From contig DATHCP010000003.1 of the NCBI GenBank assembly GCA_035490535.1, forward strand, positions 4,467 to 68,466: 64,000 bases of DNA, read 5' to 3'. Origin of the DNA: Actinomycetota bacterium. Lineage in GTDB: Bacteria; Actinomycetota; UBA4738; HRBIN12. Below the pieces are notes generated by a model. That model worked only from the letters and a program-made list of their open reading frames with translations. It had not been told where the DNA came from and searched no databases. A program made the position numbers and the translations under genes. The stretch's first letter is position 1. Each line of letters begins with the position of its first letter. Below are positions 57,801-64,000 of this stretch, piece by piece.

Positions 57801-58691
57801 ATGGGAGCCCGGTCGCCCGAACGCGTCGAGGTCTCGCGGCCCGACAAGCTGCTGTGGCCCGCGCTCGGCATCACGAAGCGCCGCTACGTCGATTACCTGG
57901 AGGCGGTCGCGCCCCGCATGGTGCCGTGGCTGCGCGGCCGGCCGCTCACGGTGGTGCGCGGCCCCGACGGCGTCGACGGTGAGCGGTACTTCCAGAAGGC
58001 CGCCTCGAAGCACACGCCGCCCTGGATCCGCACGGTGCGGATCCCGGCGCCCAGCGCGAAGCGCGACGTCGACTACGTGGTCTGCGACTCGGCGGCGGCG
58101 CTCGCCTGGCTCGGCAACCAGGCCGCCCTCGAGTTCCACCCCGCGCCGGTGCGCGCCGACCGGCTCGATCGCCTCGATCTGCTGACCGTGGACCTCGATC
58201 CACCCGAGGGTGCGTTCGAAGCCGCCGCCGAGGTCGCGCTGGAGGTGCTCGAGGTGTTCGGGGAGCTCGGCATGGAGGCCGGCGTGAAGACGACGGGCGG
58301 CAAGGGCCTGCACGTCGTGGCGCCGATCGAGCGGCGGCTGTCGCAGCCGGAGCTCCGCGCAGCCGCGTCGGCGCTCGCGCGGATCGTCGAGGGCCGGATG
58401 CCCGGGAAGATCACGGAGGAGTTCCGTAAGGCCGACCGCGGCGGGCGCGTGCTCCTCGACCCCTCGCGCAACGGCGCGGGCGCGACGATCGTAGCCCCGT
58501 ACTCGCCGCGCGAACGTCCGGAGGGCACCGTCTCCTTCCCGCTCACGCCCGAGCAGCTCGGCTCGGTCCGGCCGGCGGACTTCACGATCGCGACGGCGCC
58601 GGGGCTGCTCGACGGCCCGGGGCCGCGCCGCTGGGACGCGCTCGTCTCGGCGCGGTCCCGCGTACCGAGGGAGCTCCTGACCCGGAAGTAG
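57801..58691 (+). CDS. Stand-alone LigD-type NHEJ polymerase/primase domain protein (PolDom)
   Basis: Start at the ATG at 57801. RPDKLLWPALGITKRRYVDYLEAVAPRMVPWLRGRPL, ERYFQK, DLDP (catalytic Asp residues) and TTGGKGLHVV are archaeo-eukaryotic-primase-type LigD Pol motifs. Confidence 0.8.
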   Translation: MGARSPERVEVSRPDKLLWPALGITKRRYVDYLEAVAPRMVPWLRGRPLTVVRGPDGVDGERYFQKAASKHTPPWIRTVRIPAPSAKRDVDYVVCDSAAALAWLGNQAALEFHPAPVRADRLDRLDLLTVDLDPPEGAFEAAAEVALEVLEVFGELGMEAGVKTTGGKGLHVVAPIERRLSQPELRAAASALARIVEGRMPGKITEEFRKADRGGRVLLDPSRNGAGATIVAPYSPRERPEGTVSFPLTPEQLGSVRPADFTIATAPGLLDGPGPRRWDALVSARSRVPRELLTRK

Positions 58692-58692
58692 G

Positions 58693-59341
58693 TCAGGATC
58701 CGTCGGCCGGATCGGCCGGCGGCGTGTCGACCGGCGCCGCGACCGGCGGGGGCGCCTCGGCAGGCGCCGGCGCCTTCTTCCGCCCGGGGAACTGGTCGAC
58801 CTCGGTCTCGTCCCAGACCGTGCTGTTCTTGCCGATCGACTCGACGTTGAACTGGTACTCGAACACCAAGGTGCCGCCGTAGCCGGCGCCGAACAGCACG
58901 AGGGCGGCGGCGATCACCGACAGGCCGGTCACGACCCCGGAGGACTTCCCGTCGTGCAAGGACCCGAGCCGGATCACGAGGTCGGCGATCACGAGCACGG
59001 TGACCGTGAGCATCACGGTCATGTGCCAGTTCGCCGTACGCCAGACCTGGGTGTGCTGGGCCGTGCCGAGGGTTCCGCCCTTCCGGCGGGGCAGCCCCTT
59101 CCACCAGTCCCAGAACCCCGTGAGGATCGTGCCGAGCGACACCACGAACCCGACGACCAGGACCAGGGTCGCGGCGATGAAGAAGTCGTGCGCCACCGCG
59201 GCATCGTTGCGTCCGCCGATCACCGAGACCAGGTCGAACAGGGCCGCGAGCGCGTAGCACACGACCGGAAAGTCGGTCAGCGGCGGATGGGTCGGCTTGC
59301 CCGACCACCCCCGGATGCCGAAGAACCTCCGGCCCTTCATG
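58693..59341 (-). CDS. DUF2231-like integral membrane protein
   Basis: Start at the ATG at 59341 (MKGRRFF). It has four TM helices and a C-terminal Pro/Ala-rich tail. The assignment is by general resemblance only. Confidence 0.5.
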
Positions 59342-59536
59342 GTCCAGGTCGGACGGATCGAGAAGTACCTCGGCACGACGCTCTCCCTCCCTCGCACGGC
59401 TCCTGCCCCGAAGCCTTACCCGTCGGCGGGCGCGTGGCAACCGAGCCGGGCCGCCGGAGGGCTCAACCCTTGCCCTCGCCGCGACGAACACCCTCGCAGG
59501 TGTCGGTTCGCGAACGGGCGGGAGACTGGTAGGGAG

Positions 59537-60985
59537 ATGTTCCAGCTGCGGCACCCTTCCCCGGTCGCGGTCGACGCCGGCATCCCGCCGGACGCGCCGC
59601 GGCGTTCCCCCCACCGCTCCCTCCCTCGCACGCTCGGTCACGTCCTGGTCGTCGCCGCGACGTTCCTGGTGATCGCCGCCTCTTCGATCGCCTTCGGCCT
59701 GCGGGTGACGCCGCTGCGCTCGGTCTCGGCGCTGGGTCAGACCGTGGCGGTCGGGGTGACCACTCCCTCGTTCAGCCTCTCCGGCCCCGGCGAGGTCGAC
59801 CTGTTCGGCCAGCCCCTTCCCACGAAGGTCCGCTTCCTCGGCCCGGTCCGGCCGCGGCTCGTCCTGACGAACATCACGATCAACCAGCAGGTCGCCGGCC
59901 TGTTCGCGCCGGGCAGCGGCGACGGCGCTGCGGCGCGGCTCGGCGACCTGCTCGCCGGCGCATGGCGCCGCTACTTCGTGTCCGAGATCGCGTTCGTGGC
60001 GCTCGGGGCGTTGCTGCTCCTCGGGGCCGTCGCGGGCTGGCGACGGCACGCGTGGACCTGGCGGCGGACCGTCGCGACGATCGCCGGGGGGCTGGTGCTG
60101 GTGGAGGCGCTCAACGTCGGCGTGATCATGCTGACCGCCTACACGGCGCCAGGACGCTTCCACGACGTGCACTCCCTGGGCGAGCTGGTCGGGCAGAGCG
60201 AGCAGGGGCCGATCGCCGCCGCGCCCGGTCCCGCGCTGCCCGGGGTGCAGGCCGTGGTCCTCGGGGATTCGACGGCCGCGGGCCTCGGCGAACCGCCGGT
60301 CCCGGGCGCCACGCCGGTCGACCAGGCGTGCGGGCGGAGCGTGGATGCCTACGCCGAGCACCTGGCCGACGTGAACCGCTGGCGCGTCGAGAACCTCGCA
60401 TGCAGCGGCGCGACGATCCAGGCCGGCGTGCTGGGGCCGCAGGACGTCGACGGGAAGCTGCTGTCGGCGCAACTCGCGGTGGCCAAGCGCGCCGTCGCCG
60501 CCTCGACGATCATCGTGAGCGTCGGCGCCAACGATCTCCAGTGGGGCCCGATGATCCGGCTCTGCGCGATCTCGGACCGCTGCGACGACCGAGCGTCCAC
60601 CGTGTTCTTCCAGCGATCGCTCGCGTTGTTCACGCGCGACTACTACGAGCTGCTCCGGCAGCTGGCCGCGCTGCCCCGCGACCCCCAGGTGCTGATCAAC
60701 CTCTACTACTCGCCGTTCGACACGAGCGCCGACTGCCTGCCCGGCCTCACCCCCGCGAAGATCGGGGTGCTGCTCGCCCGGCTCGATGCGCTGAACGCGG
60801 TCCTCGCGCAGGGCGCCGCGACCTTCGGGTACCTCGCGACCCAGCCCGACTTCAGCGGGCATGGTGCCTGCGGGCCGCAGTCCTACGTCCAGGGCATGGA
60901 CGACCCCGCGCCGTTCCATCCGAACGCCCGCGGCCAGCTCGTGATCGCGCTCGCGGACGAGCGCGCCCTGCTGGGCGCGCCGTAG
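59537..60985 (+). CDS. SGNH/GDSL hydrolase family protein with N-terminal membrane region
   Basis: Start at the ATG at 59537 with an AGGGAG RBS. Block I is VVLGDSTAAGLG (GDS), and further matches are ACSGATI, GANDL and a C-terminal HPNARGQ (the catalytic His region). Confidence 0.7.
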   Translation: MFQLRHPSPVAVDAGIPPDAPRRSPHRSLPRTLGHVLVVAATFLVIAASSIAFGLRVTPLRSVSALGQTVAVGVTTPSFSLSGPGEVDLFGQPLPTKVRFLGPVRPRLVLTNITINQQVAGLFAPGSGDGAAARLGDLLAGAWRRYFVSEIAFVALGALLLLGAVAGWRRHAWTWRRTVATIAGGLVLVEALNVGVIMLTAYTAPGRFHDVHSLGELVGQSEQGPIAAAPGPALPGVQAVVLGDSTAAGLGEPPVPGATPVDQACGRSVDAYAEHLADVNRWRVENLACSGATIQAGVLGPQDVDGKLLSAQLAVAKRAVAASTIIVSVGANDLQWGPMIRLCAISDRCDDRASTVFFQRSLALFTRDYYELLRQLAALPRDPQVLINLYYSPFDTSADCLPGLTPAKIGVLLARLDALNAVLAQGAATFGYLATQPDFSGHGACGPQSYVQGMDDPAPFHPNARGQLVIALADERALLGAP

Positions 60986-61047
60986 CCCGGTTGACCCGCG
61001 CGCGCCGGGCGCGCGATGCTGCGGGCACGCGAACAGGGAGGGGTCCC

Positions 61048-61440
61048 ATGCGAGCTCGAGCGGTGCTGTCCATCGTCGCCGTCGCGGCGGTCTGCGGTGC
61101 GATGCTGCTGTCCGGGATCGCGGCCGGCGTCACGAAGGCCGCGACCACCGTCACGATCAAGGCCCAGAACGGCGACTTCTCCGGCACGATCAGCTCGCCG
61201 CGGCCGAAGCGCTGCGCGAACAACCGGACGGTGAAGGTCTACCACCAGAAGGGGAAGGACCAGAACCTCAAGGTGGACACGGTGATCGGCAGCGACATCT
61301 CGTCGTTGAACGGCGACCACTACGAGTGGTCGACCGGGAACTCGGGCGCGCCGAACGGCAAGTACTACGCGCGCGCGGTCGCGACGGCGAACTGCAAGGC
61401 CGACTCGAGCCCCACCGTCAAGAACGTCAGGAACCCGTAG
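61048..61440 (+). CDS. Small secreted hypothetical protein
   Basis: Start at the ATG at 61048 with a CAGGGAGGGG RBS. It has a signal peptide (MRARAVLSIVAVAAVCGAMLLSGIAAG) and a beta-rich mature region with two Cys. Confidence 0.5.
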   Translation: MRARAVLSIVAVAAVCGAMLLSGIAAGVTKAATTVTIKAQNGDFSGTISSPRPKRCANNRTVKVYHQKGKDQNLKVDTVIGSDISSLNGDHYEWSTGNSGAPNGKYYARAVATANCKADSSPTVKNVRNP

Positions 61441-64000
61441 CGGGGGTCGGCTCGCCCAGGCGCGTCAGCCGCTCCCGGACGTGCCCCGCCTGGAGCGTGT
61501 TCCCTTTCGCCTCGAAGAGCGCTAACGCCTCGCGGGCCGCCTCGACCGCCTCCTCGGTCCGGCCGGCGAGCTCGAGGACCTCGGCGAGCGCGACCCGGGC
61601 ATCCGCTCGGTCGGAGGGGAAGTCCGTCTCGTCCACGATCGCGATCCCGCGTCGCGCGGTTGCTTCGGCTTCGTCGAAGGCGCCTCGGCGTGCGGCGACC
61701 ATCCCCTGAACGCCGAGCCCGATCACCAGCTCCGCGATGCCGTAGCTCTCACGCTTGATCGCCTCCGACGCAGCCCGGTCGGCCTCGTCGTAACGACCGA
61801 GCGCGTACAGCGCCTGGGCACGGAAGGCGGACACGATCCCGACGGCGTCCGAGCCCATCTCCTGGAGTCGTCCGACGGCCTCCCCGAGGATCCGATCCGC
61901 CTCGGCCGCGTTCCCGGACAGGAGTTCGAGCAATCCGATCTGCTGCGATCCGTGGGCGAGCGGGAGGTCCCGGCCGAGTTCACGCAGCCGGCGATCGCTC
62001 TCCTCGATCCGCGCCCGGGCGCCGGCGAGGTCGCCGCGCATCATCAGGACGGTTCCCATCGACGCGGAGATGTCGCGCTCCGCGACCGGGATCCCTCGCG
62101 CCTCCTTCGCGAGCGCCCCGAGGGCGCGGATCGCCTCGTCGGTGTGCATCGGCCCCCACGGCCCGACGGACGAGAGCCAACCGAGCTCCTCGCCGTACAT
62201 GAAGCGGTCCCCGGCGTCGCGGAACAGGTCCGCCGCCCGACGCCACCGCGGCTCCGCCTCGGCCGCACGGCTCGCGCTCCAGGCGATGTCCCCCAGGACC
62301 GTCCAGGCGAACGCCTCACCGAGGATGTCGCCCGCATCCGTGAGGATCGGGAGGCACTCCTCGACGTCGCGCTGGACCTGATCCCGGTCGGGCCGTCCCC
62401 ACGACCGGATCAGCGCCCGGAGGACGCGGGCACGGGCGACGATCGCCTCGGCTCCCTCGGCGCGGGCGATATCGACGGCTCTGGTCGCCGCGGCTTCTCC
62501 TCGCTCCAGCTCGCCCCGCTCGGCGTACGCCATCGCGAGATCCGTGAGCACCGGAACCAGCGCCGGATCCGCGGGCCCCATCAACGAGATCGCCCGGGTC
62601 ATCAACGTCACGGCGGCCGGCATGTCGCCCCGGTCGTAGGCTGCCTTGCCGGCGGCGCGCAGCGACGCCGCAGCGCGTTCGGCGAGCGCGGCCACGCGAC
62701 CCGGATCCGTGCCGAGCTCCTCGAGGTAGCGACAGGCTCGTTCGAGGTGGTACCCGATCAGCTCCTGCTGCTGCGGCGCACGCTCCGCCAGCCAGCCCGC
62801 GAACCGCTCGTGCATCTCGGCCCGTGACGTCTTGGTCAGGCCGTCGTAGGCGGCATCGCGGATCAGCAGGTGACGGAACGCCAGGGCCTCGGCACCGATC
62901 AGGTCCGATCGCTCGGGGCGCACGAACTGCTTGCGCACGAGCGAGTTCACGCGGCTCGCGATCTCCGGATCATCGGAGAGGGCGCGGAGCGCGTCCGGAT
63001 AGAAGACCTGCCCGATCACGCTCGCGGCCAGGAGCGTGTCGCGGTCTCCGGTGTCGAGTCGGTCGATCCGCGCGGCCAGCAGCGCCGAGGTCGTCGGCGG
63101 GATCGCGAGCTCGCCCAGGTCTCCGACGGCGCTCCAGACGTCGTCGATCACCGCGAGCCGTCCCTCGTCGATCAGCATCGCGAGCATCTCCTCGGCGAAC
63201 AACGGGTGTCCTTCGGCCGCGCTCGCCACGCGGGTCCGGACGTCGTCGGAGACGGACTGGACGGCGAGGAGGTTCGCCACGAGCTCGGCGCATTCCTCGT
63301 CGGACAGCGGTTCGAGGGAGATCGAGGTCGCGTTCAGCTTGCCGCCGCCCCAGGCCGGGCGGACCTCGAGCAGCTCGGGCCGGGCCATGCAGGCGAGCAG
63401 GACCGGCGCGTCGACCGACCAGTCAGCCACGTGCTCGATCAACGCGAGCATCGTCGGCTCGGCCCACTGGACGTCGTCGATCAGGAACACCAGCGGCCGC
63501 TCGCTGGCGATCGACTCCAGCAGGCGACGGATCGCCCACAGCGTCTCCTCGGGGCTGACCTCCTCGCCCTCGATGCCGAGGACCTGCGCGACCTGTGCCG
63601 CGATCCGGTCGCGGTTCGCGTCGTCGTGCACGAGCGCGGCGATCCGATCGTGGACCTCGGCCGGCGTCTCGCCGCCGGCCAGCCCGGCGGCCTGCCGGAC
63701 CGCCTCGACGACCGGCAGGAAGGTGATCCCGTCACCGTATGGAAGGCACCGGCCGCGGAGCACGGTCGCCCGGTCGCCCAGCGCGACCACGAACGCCTCG
63801 AGCAGGCGCGACTTCCCGACGCCACCGACGCCGAGAACCGTGAAGAGCTGGCACGCATGGTCGGAGACCGTGCGATCGAACGCGTCGAGCAACAGCGACA
63901 GCTCGCGTTCGCGTCCGACCATCGGGGCGTCGAGCCGCCGCGCGAAGCCCGCGGCGGCCGGATCCACCTTCGAGACCCGATAGGCGACGAGCGGCTCGTC
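61427..64000 (-). CDS. Cyclase-associated AAA-ATPase / TPR-like (STAND-type) protein, paralog 3 (partial; N-terminus beyond the right edge)
   Basis: The reading frame continues upstream of the apparent GTG at 63967 (DEPLVAYRVSKVDP...). MVGRERELSLL plus the P-loop VLGVGGVGKSRLL and helical repeats match the post-cyclase region of the two other paralogs. A cyclase-like domain presumably lies outside the window. Confidence 0.8.
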   Translation of the reverse strand, partial: DEPLVAYRVSKVDPAAAGFARRLDAPMVGRERELSLLLDAFDRTVSDHACQLFTVLGVGGVGKSRLLEAFVVALGDRATVLRGRCLPYGDGITFLPVVEAVRQAAGLAGGETPAEVHDRIAALVHDDANRDRIAAQVAQVLGIEGEEVSPEETLWAIRRLLESIASERPLVFLIDDVQWAEPTMLALIEHVADWSVDAPVLLACMARPELLEVRPAWGGGKLNATSISLEPLSDEECAELVANLLAVQSVSDDVRTRVASAAEGHPLFAEEMLAMLIDEGRLAVIDDVWSAVGDLGELAIPPTTSALLAARIDRLDTGDRDTLLAASVIGQVFYPDALRALSDDPEIASRVNSLVRKQFVRPERSDLIGAEALAFRHLLIRDAAYDGLTKTSRAEMHERFAGWLAERAPQQQELIGYHLERACRYLEELGTDPGRVAALAERAAASLRAAGKAAYDRGDMPAAVTLMTRAISLMGPADPALVPVLTDLAMAYAERGELERGEAAATRAVDIARAEGAEAIVARARVLRALIRSWGRPDRDQVQRDVEECLPILTDAGDILGEAFAWTVLGDIAWSASRAAEAEPRWRRAADLFRDAGDRFMYGEELGWLSSVGPWGPMHTDEAIRALGALAKEARGIPVAERDISASMGTVLMMRGDLAGARARIEESDRRLRELGRDLPLAHGSQQIGLLELLSGNAAEADRILGEAVGRLQEMGSDAVGIVSAFRAQALYALGRYDEADRAASEAIKRESYGIAELVIGLGVQGMVAARRGAFDEAEATARRGIAIVDETDFPSDRADARVALAEVLELAGRTEEAVEAAREALALFEAKGNTLQAGHVRERLTRLGEPTPATGS

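Noticed and set aside
60986-61047. GC hairpin CGCGCG-ccggg-CGCGCG plus a TTGACC hexamer between the SGNH hydrolase gene and the small secreted protein gene
   Set aside because: The stem is short. The -10 partner for the TTGACC is poor (CGATGC). It could be either a weak terminator or a promoter, and this is not resolvable from sequence.

Overview
High-GC (about 70%) actinobacterial-type chromosomal window, densely coding on both strands. I found no rRNA, tRNA, CRISPR array, transposase or integrase. The six-frame track is full of long Arg/Gly/Pro-rich shadow ORFs typical of high-GC DNA. I kept only ORFs with recognisable protein motifs, plausible start/RBS and sensible neighbour spacing, and moved several starts inward to internal ATG/GTG codons with Shine-Dalgarno-like sequences.

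Recognisable content, left to right:
- a K+ channel with a TVGYGD filter, running off the left edge;
- two OsmC paralogs, a Bcp peroxiredoxin coupled to a DJ-1/PfpI gene, and a PPOX/F420 protein;
- hutU-hutI;
- otsA;
- a form I CO dehydrogenase locus, coxM-coxS-coxL (AYRCSFR motif) plus an XdhC-like gene with a YHS domain;
- bioY and an orphan histidine kinase;
- a five-gene peptide/nickel-type ABC importer, with a strong stem-loop after the substrate-binding-protein gene;
- a LolA-like protein, ABC ATPase and ABC-2 permease cassette, followed by two tandem paralogous membrane-anchored proteins;
- a phospholipase C/acid phosphatase family gene;
- ArfB, an RNHCP protein, a stand-alone LigD polymerase domain and an SGNH hydrolase;
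- three paralogous class III nucleotidyl-cyclase / AAA-ATPase / TPR (STAND-like) giants, the first with an N-terminal double zinc ribbon and the third running off the right edge.

Most interesting locus, about 50.5-53.8 kb: a 96-aa ORF has a very acidic helical leader and a hydrophobic C-terminal core carrying a duplicated VIKM(L)KP motif. It is translationally coupled (14-nt overlap) to a tetrapyrrole-methylase-fold methyltransferase. That methyltransferase's motifs resemble, from memory, the borosin alpha-N-methyltransferase domain of OphMA/SonM. A divergent AraC-family regulator with a sigma70-like promoter sits upstream, and a small protein, a frameshifted kinase remnant, an S51 peptidase and a class I SAM methyltransferase sit downstream. 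I interpret this as a candidate split-borosin RiPP system.

Other oddities:
- two low-GC patches: a secreted Cys-containing protein at 35.8-36.5 kb, and a 9-bp in-frame EVR tandem repeat at 45.5 kb;
- a 10-bp triplication at the hutI stop;
- an Asn-to-Ser change in the conserved NTASR motif of the second cyclase paralog.
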